Assembly: GCA_010909165.1 (NCBI GenBank)
Contig: VJWM01000063.1
Location: 1,116,001-1,180,000 of the forward strand
DNA: 64,000 bases
Direction of reading: 5' to 3'
From: Anthoceros angustus
Lineage: Eukaryota > Plantae > Anthocerotophyta
This document shows positions 42,591 through 55,146 of this stretch, piece by piece (within the stretch, counting starts at the first letter, position 1; every line of letters begins with the position of its first letter). The notes beneath the pieces were generated by a model. It was not told the origin of the DNA. It made no database searches and was given only the letters and a program-made list of their open reading frames with translations. The position numbers and the translations under genes were made by a program.

Positions 42591-43958
42591 ACCCGGGGCG
42601 ATTTCGGGCGGAGTGGAGTCCAACGAGATTGCGGAGTGAGAGGAGGCGGCGATAGTGGACGACGAGGGAGACGTGGACTGGATTGCGAACGAAGGGGGCA
42701 AGGTAAAGGGGCATGGGTCAGAAAAGTCCAATGATTCTGATGGTAAGGGAACACACACTTTCCTCCATGACTGCAAGGGTCTTGCCAATGCTGGTGGCTG
42801 CACTCGATGTTTGCAAGTGGGGTTTGCAAGTGTGGATGGAGTGGATAGGACCAGGCCCTATAGGGTCATCTACGACAAAAATGGGAACTTCGTCCGCATT
42901 TGGTATACGGACGTGGAGCGTCGTCAGAAGATTGAACAGAGATTGGGGCGGTGAAGCTGCGGAGCGGAGGAGGCTGCAAGGCTGCGGGAAGAGCTGACCG
43001 AGCTCACCGTAGACCTTGAGGCAGCTGGCGTCGGCACCTAGAAGAGGAAGAGGGTGCAGCTGAACATGGGGGCGGCAGACCGAATAGTCGGGGCGGGCGC
43101 CGGTAGGCAAAGGCAAACATGCCAGGGGGGAGAGTGCCGGAGGGGCGAACTCCGGTGTTGTGGCCGTGAGGCGTGAATGGGGCCAGCACCAGTGGGGAGG
43201 GGGCCACCTCCCAAGGCCGCAACAAGGAGGAGGCTCTAGCTCAAATGGAGCTCCGGGGTATGGAACACCATAATATTTGAAGCGGCTGAATATACATGAA
43301 GCGGCTTTTCAGTTGAATATACGGCAAACAAGGTTTTCGATGGGTATCGACAGGCCATATTTGAGCATACACTGCAGAAGATGGCACAGAATAAGGGTGC
43401 CGTGACCGCCCTGACATCTGTACAGGAAGGGTCCGTCAAATCGCGCGAGCATTGTTTTTGCTAGAAACGATGCCCATGTCCTTAGACCATGCGATACGAT
43501 TAGGATCCGTTAATGACCACGGGCAACGACCCCCGGGGCCCCTTTGGAGGGAATGCGTACACATATGTATACTCTCTTGCTATACACCCATATATGCACA
43601 TGGTGGACGAGGTTTTGAACAACAGTATAGGGTTAAAAGGGCGGCCGAACGGAAGAACCGGCTGATCTGGGCGCCGGCATGCCGGCGCCCACGTCCGCCC
43701 GAAGGACTTGTCGGCGGCAGGCGCCAACGGTGAATGACTTTCTCGATGCCAACTGTAGGACTCACTTCTTCAAACAAGCAGCATCGGCCTTAGAGGACTA
43801 GTCATTTGCCGACGGCACACGATCATGGACGCGAACCTACAAAATGAACCAAAGTTGCTTCCTCCGAGTGGTCAGGACAAGGCACCTTGCAAACCCGTTA
43901 GGGAACAAGGCACATATTCCGATCATTCCTCGCCTGACTCGAGTCCCTCCCGATATGT

Positions 43959-44449
43959 TCAGCCCGATTCATCGTCCATTACACCATCCGGGTTGCGGGC
44001 TTGAGGTGGGCTCAGAGCACTCATCTTCTCTTTGATCGCTTTCTTGTCGGCAGCATACAGATGTTTCCTTGCGTTCAGCTTGAACCCATAATAAACGATA
44101 ACCGTTCTCCGAACGAATAACTTCTGTATATTAGGTGGATTGTGTTGTTTGCCCCTCTTCCTTTTCGGGGGACGGACTTCGTGGTTCTCAACTCTGAGGA
44201 TGACTTCCGCCATATACTTCCCTTCGTATGCGTCTGCGTGGTCTGTCCTCCACCAATGCACAAGTAAGTAAGGATCAGGTGCGGTGAAATGGACTTCCAC
44301 AACCTTTGCGAGCCAGAAAGCTCTATTGTGTATGTCACCCTCACAAGGCGTTATAATAAACATGCCTTTCTCTATCTCCATGATATCCCCATTCATCCTT
44401 TCACACTCTTGTCCTTGACGATCAGCACCCTGGTGGGGTCCTAAGTACA
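43959..44449 (-). pseudogene. C-terminal half of element B transposase
   Basis: YLGPHQ...KGMFIITPCEGDIHNRAFWLAKVVEV...VHWW...YEGKY...YYGFKL; homologous to the C-terminus of the element A transposase. Confidence 0.75.
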
Positions 44450-47015
44450 AACAGCATAATATTTGAAGCGGCTGAATATACATGAAGCGGCTGCAGGGGT
44501 CTATATACGTGGATCCGGGTTTAAGATGGTTATTAAAACGGCATGTTTGGGATTAGGCGCGAAAATAAAATAAGGGTGAAGATCACCGTCGGCGATTGTA
44601 ATCTGATTACGGAAAAGCGGTGCTCTCTCGGCTTATCATGCGTTTGTAGAAAAGTACCCATGTTCTCTCCCCTCATTGCGGGGAAAAAAGGTCGTCGAGT
44701 TTCGGTGGCTTGTGTTGCAATCATTGTGGCCAAGAACAGAAATCACTGCATTTAAAATCACATGCAGACACATGGAGACAACTATGGTATGGGTTTTGTA
44801 GAGGTTGTCATATCAGCCGAAAATGTATGCGGCGATTGTTGGGTGTGGCATGGGCGGCATGCGGCGTCTTTTTGCCGAGCTCTCTGACGCGGCATGAAAC
44901 GCGGATATGTCTGTGTTATACGATGGCGGAAACGAACACAGGATGGGAGCATATGGCGTCTAGAGGGTGGAAAGTGGAGCACAAGCGATCCATGTCCGTC
45001 ACCTACATCTATAACGGCAAATGTTTATGACTAGTGCAATTGTGTAATCATGAAATGTATTGCGGTGTATTGCATGCCAAAACATGGTAGACGTACAAGG
45101 TGACATTTAAGATGTACATCGACGGCATGGTGGTCTGCATGTCTTAAAAACAATGTATGACAAGAACATGAAACTTATGCCCGACAACTCGTGTCCGACT
45201 TTCAAACCCTATGCCATGAAGAGAAATTAGGGATAAACATAAGGTTCCTTGTTATTTCTTGCTTAGCACATGTCATTACTCTTACTTTGAATCGAGACCC
45301 TCGTCCCGTCCACAGCCTCATCTCCATCTTCATCACTCTCCATTGCCTCATCCAAGTGTTTGGTTGAATGTGAGGACGGGCGCACTCAACTTTTCCTTTA
45401 TAGCTTTCTTATCTGCTGCGTCTGAGATGTTTCTGAAGTGAAACCCGTAGTATATAATAATGGTTTTTCGCACAAAACCTTTTGGATGTTGGGGCCCTTT
45501 CCCTTTCCACGACCTTTTTGGCGGGTGGTCCATTGTCGGCCATCCTTTGAAAAATTCTCCAACATACTTGCCCTCATAAGCATCCGTGTGCTCGATTCGC
45601 CACCGGTGCACAAGCAAATGATTCGGTGGCCCCAAGGTGCACACTTACAACCTTCGCTACCAACGCCTATTGTGTGTGTCACCTCGCACGGTGTCACAAT
45701 AAACATTCCTTTCTATCTCCATGATATCCCCATTCATCCTTTCACACTCTTGTCCTTGACGATCAAGACCCCGGTGGGGTCCTAAGTACAAACAAGATAA
45801 TATTTGAAGCGTCAATATACATGAAGCCGCGTAGGGTCTATATACGTGATCCGGTTTAAGATGGTTATTAAAACGGCATGTTTGGGATTAGTAAAATAAG
45901 GGTGAAGATCACCGCATACGCTTGTGCCATCTACGCTCGAAAACGGTGCTCTCCGCTTATCATGCGCCGAGAAAAGTACCCATGTTCTCCCCTCATTGGG
46001 GAAAAAAGTCGGTCGCTCGAGTTTCGTGGCTTGTGTTGCAATCATTGTGGCCAAGAACAGAAATCACGCGAAAATCACATGCATACATGGAGACAACTAT
46101 GGTATGGGTTTTGTAGAGGTTGTCATATCACCAAAATGCGCGGCGATTGTTGGTGGCATGGGCGCATGCTGCCTTTTGCCGTGGCTCTACGCAGCATGAA
46201 ACGCGGATATGTCTGTTATACGATGGCGAAACGAACACGATGGGAGCATATGGCGCCTAGAGGGTGGAAAGTGGAGCACAAGCACCATGTCCGTCACCTA
46301 CATCGCCTATAACGGCAAATGTTAATGACTAGTGCAATTGTGTAATCATGAAATGTATTGCGCTAGTGTATTGCAGCAGGCCAAAACATGGTAGACGGTA
46401 CAAGGTGACATTTAAGATGTACACATGGACGGCATGGTGGTCCTGCATGTCTTAAAAACAATGTATGACAAGAACATGAAACTTATGCCCGACAACTCTG
46501 GTGTCCGACTTTCAAACCCTATGCCATGAAGAGAAATTAGGGATAAACATAAGGTTCCCTTGTTATTTCAGTTGCTTAGCACATGTCATTACTCTTCCGA
46601 ATCGAGACCTCCCCGCCCACAGTGCCTCATCTCCATCTTCATCACTCTCCATTGCCTCATCCAAGTGTTTGGTTGAATGTGAGGACGAGCGCACTCAACT
46701 TTTCCTTTATAGCTTTCTTATCTGCTGCGTCTGAGATGTTTCGAAGTGAGTGAAACCCGTAGTATATAATAATGGTTTTTCGCACAAAACCTTTTGGATG
46801 TTGGGGCCCTTTCCCTTTCCCGACCTTTTTGGCGTGGTCCATTGTCACCACCCTTTGAAAAATTCTCCAACATACTTGCCCTCATAAGCATCCGTGGTGC
46901 TCGTTCGCCACTGCACAAGCAATACGGTTCGGCCCCAAGGTGCACACTTACAACCTTCGCTACCAACGCCTATTGTGTGTGTCACCGCACGGTGTCACAA
47001 TAAACATTCCTTTCT
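44366..47015. repeat. About 1.34-kb tandem duplication spanning the left junction of element A
   Basis: About 44366-45707 repeats at 45708-47015, including flank, TACA and a degraded TIR at about 45790; the copies differ mostly by small indels. Confidence 0.85.
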
Positions 47016-49440
47016 CAGATCTCCATAATATCGCCATCCATCCTTCTTGCCACCTCTTCTTGGCGTTCAATAGTTTGGTAGGCCCCTAGATACATGTCCT
47101 GTGTGGTATGTCACGCAAAGAGCCTCGTCGATCTGACTTCTTAGGTATGTGCAAAGGGGACTCGGGCTTGCAGCCCTATCGTACCATCTCCGGGGTTTTG
47201 CGAACAAGCCCAATGTTATGATCCACAATATTTGCGATTTCGTGTTGATCATTCCAATCCATCCACCATTCTTCCTCCACAGTCAAATATGTTGGCGCTT
47301 CACGATCCTTTTTCAAGTGATCTACGCCTTCACGCGGTCAAACCACCATCACTAGCTTTCTTGTCCTTCGCCAAAGCCATCAAAGGCGGGCCCGATGACG
47401 GTGTCCGGAACAAAAGTCAAGAATTCGAGCCCATCTTGATTCCCACAAGGGGAAGTGGAGTATTGCTATCGCGAATAACGGTAACCTTTCCCGCCCAACT
47501 TTGTCCTCGGGTGATTTTGAACGGTGCTGAAATGAAAGGTTGTTCAACTTCGAAGCCATGATATACTTCCGGCCGTTCACTATAATGGCCATACGTATGT
47601 CCAAGTCGCCACCTCACAACACTTTCACCTCGGATTCGGCGTGAGCAGGACTTCAATATGTCCTCCATAGTTGGCAATGTCCTGGCCTCCTTATGTTTTA
47701 AATGCTTAGAAAAACATGAAAACATTTGATCCACTTGGTCGTGCGTATGCCCCACGAGGAGGAATCCAACCTTCACCTTCTCGAACGTCCCGAGTTCAAC
47801 GAGCATGTTCAAGTACGCAAATAGAAGCTGGTTCTTGTTCTCTCGGCATGTATTGTCCAGCTGCAGGTATAAGACTTTGGGAAGTATCCCTTCATACGTG
47901 TGTATAACGTCCTGGATAATAGTTATTGTTAAATTTGCATCATTCCTGAGATTGGCATAATGCGGATCGCGCGCTCTGAGCGTGTAATTATGTATCATGC
48001 ATCCAACAACATGCACCGTGATCCGACTATCCTCCTTCAAGTCCTTTGGCCACCGCAAAATATGCGGCAGAAGTTTTTCGTCCATGCCGATAGATAACAA
48101 CATATATTTCTGCTCCTTGTACGACTTGACCGATGCTTCGTCAACTTCTTCCGTTCCTCCATCAATCGTATCCGATGCTTGTTGAGTGCCTCTTGATACA
48201 TAGCTGTATGTCATGGAACACCATTGTCGACTTGTGGGCACCGAAATTCAATAACTTTGCATACGCAGAGCTATTTGGGAAGGCGGAGTGTCGTGCATTG
48301 AAACCGAGATCGAAACTAGGACATACGCTCTGACTGCCTATTATTCCACCCAAATGCATAGTAGCGGTTTGCATACAATCGGCGACTCCTGCGAAGTTAA
48401 TGTTACGGCAAGAACCCAACCCATGCATTTCCCGGACCACAGCCGCCAACATGCCCCTCCCATCTGGAGTGAACCTTATAAGTAGGTTGGGCGCGGGCAT
48501 GCGAGCCTGTGAAGTGCAAAGAGGCGCAAGCTTCCTCATCATACACAACAAAGCACCCGTAGTTCACGCGCTTTAGGGCCTTGGGCGTCGCCATGCCTAT
48601 CGTGCACTCCACATTTGGGGCGCCGGCATGCGGCGCCTCGATGGAGTGCATGGCGCCATGGCCGCCTCTCAGAGCACAAGCGAGGGCGCCGGCATGCGGC
48701 GCCTGTCCTTGCTAACTCCTCCATTACTCCACATGCTTTTATGCCATGCATACGATGACCACAATAGCCGGGAGGAGGCCTACCTTGGTCAACTCCGATC
48801 GGTGCTCCGTATGTTGAACTTGACCCCGCATATGGAACAAGTCGAGAATCTGTTTGACTTGGGTATCTTCACCCGCTTGAAATTCGGCCCCACAGTAGCA
48901 GAAATATGCATCGACACAAAGCGTTCACCTTTTGACTCCATTCCACTCTGTATTGTATCCAAACCTCATGCTTCGTGAAAGTGTCGTAGATTGTATACCT
49001 CCACATTCGGCGCCGGCCAAGTGAAGGAAAGTCGCATCCATCCGTGCAATTGCAGCCAAAGCATGGGAGGATTGTACACGAGGGCCTTATTAGCGTCCCA
49101 TGGTGCGTTGAATAACCCTCCGCTTCAACTCCTCGTACCTTGCGGACCCTATGCGATATACGCGTCGGAAGGCTTTCAAACAACATTGCATAGGAATCGA
49201 CCCATGAGGTGAGTGAAAACCACATCCCTTGTTGTGGCCTCGCAAATCGGGCCGCTGTGATGCAATGTCTCTTGCTCGGGTGCCCATTCTCGAAACTGTC
49301 GTTGCTCATGAAAAGCTTCTTTTGTGAACTTGCGGATGCACAATTTGTTGCAACAAGGCTTTGAAATCCTCTCCCACGGAATCGCCTTCACTTTCCTCAA
49401 AGACACACGGCCGCTCGGCACACGGAAGCCCACATCGCTA
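46657..49440 (-). pseudogene. Sola-like DDD transposase of element A (frameshifted; probable intron about 48180-48780)
   Basis: PCCNKLCIRKF, CLKAFRRVYRIGSARY, VKIPKSNRFSTCSIC, IGMDEKLLPH, LYLQLDNTCRENKN, GFLLVGHTHDQVDQMFS. Confidence 0.8.
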
Positions 49441-51701
49441 GGTGAAAGGTATCGGCCAAAGGCTTGGATGGAAAGTGACGCAGATCGCCCGGTCCAAACT
49501 TCTCAATGGTTGGGGTGTCTGAAGACATTGTCCTCATCTGCATTGGGCGTCCCGCATCTTGATCTTTGAAATAGTAGTGAACAATCCCTCGCGGTAGCCA
49601 TACACTCCACCATGCAAACCAACTTTCCTCCTTCAGACGGGCTTCTATCTATGGCGAGTAGAGGTTCGTTCACGAAGTCGGGGAACATAGCTGGGCATAC
49701 GAGGCTGTGAGTGAGTTCTTCTCCACCTGGACCGCAACACGCACATCCCGGGATCGAGCCACTAACACAAACCTATGCCAATGAGTATGGCCAGGCGAAG
49801 GCGACTCACGACTCAGCTATCGGCCAAAGAATACATACTTTGTGGCGTGGAGAGTGGCAAGGACTTTGCATTTGCTGGCGAGACGGAGGGGCCAGCTTGC
49901 CTTCACTCTGTTACGGGATCGTACTCTTTGGGCTGAAACATCTTGATTTTGCCAAATCTTCGTCCGCTTCTTGACCCCGCACATCTACATTGTCAATGAC
50001 ATAGCAATCGTTGGTATCGGTCAAGGAATGAAAGGGCACATAACACGGAAACCCACATCGCGTCTTGAGTGTGTGAACTGGAGCATTGTGTTGGACTCGT
50101 AGCTCAAAGGTTACGACGGCTACCGCGACAAGTGTGATAAAAGGTGGTGGTGTGTGGTACATGACTTGACCGCAGAGGAGGCGGAAGCCGTGGAGAGACA
50201 AATCACTTGATTGCCAAATCCTAAATAGATTTCAAGTAATGGAGGGGGCCCGGTGCTATTATGCTACTATCTTGCCATATATATACGCTACCATACTGAT
50301 TAAAATGAGCGGCGGTAGCCATCAATAGCGGCTGGAAAAAAGGGTATCCGAACGTTATGAAAACGCTTACTTACCCAATTGCATATTGGGCTTGCCCGCA
50401 TGCAGCGTAGATAAACAAACACGTAGTTCAGTCACACTACCTTGCAAAATGATGTGCAATCGACAATGCGAAGGACATCGCGAACGCGGGGGTGTGTGGA
50501 ACTATATGTTGGGTATGGGTTAAAAGAACATCGAAACGCACAAACCACATATTCCAGTCCTTGTTCCTCCATACATAGCTGATAAGGACAATAACTCGGA
50601 CCTCGTTACGGTAGCGTTTATTCTGGATGGCGCGAAATTAGGGTTTCTGACTCCTTATAAACCCGAACGGTGGAGTCCTTCTTCTACAGTCAGTGCAAGC
50701 GGTAGCGTAACGCTCTTCCAGCGGGCGTCTGCGATTCAAGCGAGGCCGTGGTTTTCCCAACAATTTGCCGTCGGCGACCCTCGCCAGACTCTCCATCCTT
50801 TCCAGGACGACAGTGAGAAATTCCTTGTCCGAAATAGAATTGGTGCTTGCCTAATCCGGATTGAGCGTGTTTGATGCCTATCTGGTTACTCTGAGCGATG
50901 GCGGCGGACGCGCAGAAGAAGGACCTCCCGATGCGAGGCCTAACCACGGAGACTTGTTGGAGAAGCCGCGGAGAAGAAATCTAAAAGCAAGAAGGAGGCG
51001 AAATCGAGAACCACAGATCCTCCGCGGATCGATCTACGCCTCGGGGACATGCTTTCCAACCATTGAGCAAGGTGGAGGTGGAACGGAAGGGGCATAAAGT
51101 CCGGTCACTCAATTCAAGGCAAGCACCACAAAGGCGGTTGGTGGTGGAGAGAAGTCCGGCTTGTCCAAAGGATTGAGGGTGGGAAATCCAGATCAATTCC
51201 CTCCATACTCGTATGAGGAGACTGTGAGGCACATGAACCAGCTTGAGGACACTATGCTTCAGGAATGGTTGTTGACACAAAGAGGAGCCGGATGAAGCTA
51301 TGGGCCGCGTCTGAAGCTTTGGGTTTTGGGTTCAACGGTGCAGCAAACCAGAGAGCAAGGCGGGATGGGTCCTGTGGGCAACTTTGGATGGAGGCGAGAC
51401 CCGTAATCTGGATTCTTTGCACTTCAAGGCCTTATGAAGTGGACGCATTGCCGCATCGTCGATGATTACACTGTATCTGAAAGTGGCATGTTTGCACAGA
51501 AGAAATGTGAGCCAAAGGAGTTGTCCAGCACTTTTCGAGCAGCGAGCTGAGAATGTGAGTACACTTCTTAATTCCGAGCATTCGCCACCGCTGATTGCAT
51601 TGATGCGGCTACGTTGTGCCTGTGACGCACAGAGTGAGAGAACATTTTACAGGTGCTTGTGTGAGGTGATTACGAGCTCCATTATCCGTCATCGACGAGA
51701 G

Positions 51702-54700
51702 ATGTCACTGAGGAGGACAAGACAGGGACTTCCCAACTTCGCACTGGAAGTAGAAGACAATGAGGCAGAGTTCGGACCTTCTGATGAGGAGGATGGGCCT
51801 ATTCCAGAGTTGCTGGGTCATTCAGATGCGGAGGCATTTGAAGAGGATGATGGGGAGGCGAGGGTGATGGAGGGAGGTTTGCTGCCACGGATTCCTTCCA
51901 AGGTCGTCGCCATCCAAGCACCATGGGAGGAGTCCCTGCTACATGGAAGAGGGGAGGCCGGGGCCCGGCATGCCGGCGCCCTCGACTATGGTGAGGAGGA
52001 GGCGCGGCATGCGGCCGCCTCTGATGATGCGGAGGCGAGGCATGCGCCCTCTCGGACGGAAGGCGCCCGGCGCCCGCTCTGAGGCGGAAGAGGCGCCGGC
52101 CGCGCCCGGGAGCCGCCGCGGCATGCCGCGCCCCCTCCCGAGGGTGGATGGCGCCGGCATGCCGGCGCCTCTGCATGTAGAGGAGGAGGGAGGGCGCGCA
52201 TGCCGGCGCCACGAAACCTGTGGCTTGCGCTGGAGGAAGGCGTCGGGGGCCATGAGAAGCGAAAAAGCATGCATGATGAGGAAGGTGGTGGGCACAGCAG
52301 GTCCCGGAGTGCGGAACGTTGGTAGGAGCAGCGGAAAAAGTTCAAGCGTCCCAAGGAAACCGACAATGAGATTCCAACATTGCATGTCTCAACAGATGGA
52401 GAAAGACTGGAAGCGTCTATGATGCATGAGGATTATTTGCGAAAGTCGAGTGCATGTCACGAAGAAGGTGGTGCAGCGATTAAAGTCGAGAATTTGAGGC
52501 GCCGTTTAACTCGGATGCTCAGGTTCGTCAAGTGGATGAGGCTTGGGCGAACTACCTGGCTCGCGTCATCTCGAAGGGTCGTATTGAAGAAGGTGTGCTG
52601 CCTTTGCTTTGTATGATTGACCCATCTGACTGCAGGGATATCAAAACATTAGACTGGAAAAAGTTCCGGGCAAAGAAGTATATTATGGGGGTACTGGGAG
52701 GCAATCATACTTACGCCGCCATGAAGCAGCTTGCAGATATATCACCAGGGAAGGCAAGGTTCCAATGGATGGAGGCGCATGTTTATTGCGGGCTTACTCT
52801 ACAGGAGATGCGAGTACTGGCAACTGACCACAACACAATGTCTGACAAGAGGAAGAAGATGAACTTTATCGAAAGGTGTCGATACCTGTGGATGAACTTG
52901 ATTGCAAAGCGGGATGGTGTGACAATGAGCATGAACTGGAAGTTCAATTTATACAAGGTGCTTGGGCGATAGAGGATGACGAAGGTCGGGAAGATGAGCA
53001 ATACAAGCAAAACAAAGTGGACAACGGACACATATACTATGCATAGCAAAACCGGAGGGAAAGGTGTGGGAAAACGTGATGATCTTCACCAAGTGGGAGG
53101 CGATGGAACTTCCCGAGCGGGCCAAACATGTTGCAGCAGTACTAGCAAGAAGAGCAAGGGCAAACGCAAAGTTGGAGAAGAGGTGAAGACTGGAAAGCGT
53201 TTTGTTAAGCCCAAAGAGATGCAAGGAAACCATGGCGCTTCAAGGAATTCCACCGAGAGACGGTCGAAAATGCTGATTAGTGTGATGAAAAGGTTTTGAC
53301 AGTTTACTAGACCGAATGGTATGTCCAAGGAGGTGATCTGCGGAAGAAACTTCATGTCATCCAAGTGGCGATGGCGAAACACTTAGGATGTGACTCCTTC
53401 GAGATGGTTAGGCAGAATACCCAATGCACTCTTCGGATGATGTTATTGCAGTTTCAAGCGTTCGATGGAAAGGTACGTGTCATTTGTTTTAAGACTCATT
53501 GGAGTGGGGATGTGCATGCGCTCTCCCACCATTTCCTTCGTTTGGTTGTAACGGTAGGGTGGGGAAGCGGCGCTCACTTTACCTCTTTTTTCGACCGACG
53601 GCGGTGGTATGTGCAAGTGAAAGATGTGCGGATTTGAAAAAACTACGGAGGACTTCCGTGCTTTCATCGAAGTGCACACATGGAAGGGTCCGGAGAACGA
53701 ACAAAGGACCCTAGCGGACATGGACATGGAAGAAGGCTGCAATGCTCATCGCTCCAACCACGGAGTGTATCGTGAAATACCAAGTGGTAGCGAGAGATGT
53801 GTTGGACATCCGAGGTTTTTTACGGAAGAGGAATTACACTTTATTGGTTATGGATGTGCCCAGGGGATTCAACAAGGAAAGCATGATGTAAAGATGGACC
53901 AAACACGGATGGGCATGATTTCACTCTTTCCATGACATGACGAGTTGTGAGGAAATCCGCATGATAGTTATGCATGGGGTGGAGGAGCCGCACATCGTGA
54001 GGGAGGCTGCACGGCGGTGGTGCACTGGTGGAGGAATGGTCTCCTTATGGGACAAAACTAACATGCATAATGATCAAGGTGGATATGATACCGCCGAGTA
54101 CATCACGGTAGGGTGGGGGTAACTACAGAAGAAGAACAAGGTTTCAATGTTACCTAACACCGCCCTTGGCTCGTTCAATAATGGTCGCATCATTGGGCAC
54201 AACATCGTCAAGAAGCTTCTTTATATGTCATTGGACAAGCTCGTATGTGCTTATCGAGGCCATTAGGGTTGATGCGTAAGATGATCAACAACTTCTCCAA
54301 AGAAGGAGATTGGATATTAGATGCGTGTGCGAGGCGGGACGACGACCCTAGCAGTGACGCTATGTATGCAATTGCATCGCCGTGGACTTGGACAAACGAT
54401 GTGCGGAATTCATTCCCCAAAGGATACATGGATATGAGGTACTTCCAGACGCTGAGGAGGAATTGAATCATGAGCCACACCGACGAGGACCTGCCCAATT
54501 CTGGGCAAAGGAATTAAGCTTGTCCGAGAAGGGTCACTCGCAAGCACAGGTCGTACCTTTGGGGTTCAACAGGATGAAAGAGAAAACGGGGCAAATCCTT
54601 GATGACGGGCAGAGAACTCTGAGCGCAGTGTGCCATCCAGACTACAACACCGAAAGCAGTCCTCCTCGTCTCTTGGATGTGGAGAATGCCATGCAGGAGA

Positions 54701-54819
54701 ACGACAACTTTGAAGACCCCGACAACGCCCTCCTCAGAAACGTTGATGTTGTGTTCGATAGCGTATCTGGGCAATGCCCACCCGAGACTCAAGCTGCTGG
54801 CGAAGATTTTGGTAGTTAG
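51702..54819 (+). pseudogene. ParB/Srx-like domain plus beta-class N4C/N6A DNA methyltransferase (frameshifted as assembled)
   Basis: QVRQVDEAW...VLGGNHTYAA...VYCGLTLQEMRVLATDHN, then across frames YTLLVMDVPRG, LWDKTN, EYITVGW, RPLGLMRKMINNFSKEGDWILDACA, GGTTTLAV, NCIAVDLDKRCAEFIPQRI. Confidence 0.75.
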
Positions 54820-55146
54820 GTTATTGGAAATTTACATTCCCTTTAATCTTTTATTGCTTTTTAGTGCTATGTATTGCTTTTCAAGTAGGTGTGAAATCAG
54901 TCGACAAGCAGCTCCGTCTGAATATCAGCTGCGGAAGACGATTGGGGGCCTTTCGGGCATACTACGACCATAACCGTGTGCACTTGATGTGAAAAGTAGC
55001 TGATGCCGTAGGGAAGGGAGGGAATGAACCATCACCAAGAAAATTAAAACGTCGAAATCGTGGAATTCAGTGCCCACCATGTTTTCCAGCAGTTGGGTTT
55101 CTGCGAGCGGCTTTGTATATTCAGCCGCTTCAAATATTATGCTGTT

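Larger units (their letters stand above)
44450..55146. mobile_element. Element A: 10.7-kb Sola-like DNA transposon with ParB-methyltransferase cargo
   Basis: Perfect 33-bp TIR AACAGCATAATATTTGAAGCGGCTGAATATACA (44450-44482; reverse complement at 55114-55146); TACA duplicated at 44446-44449 and 55147-55150. Confidence 0.9.
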
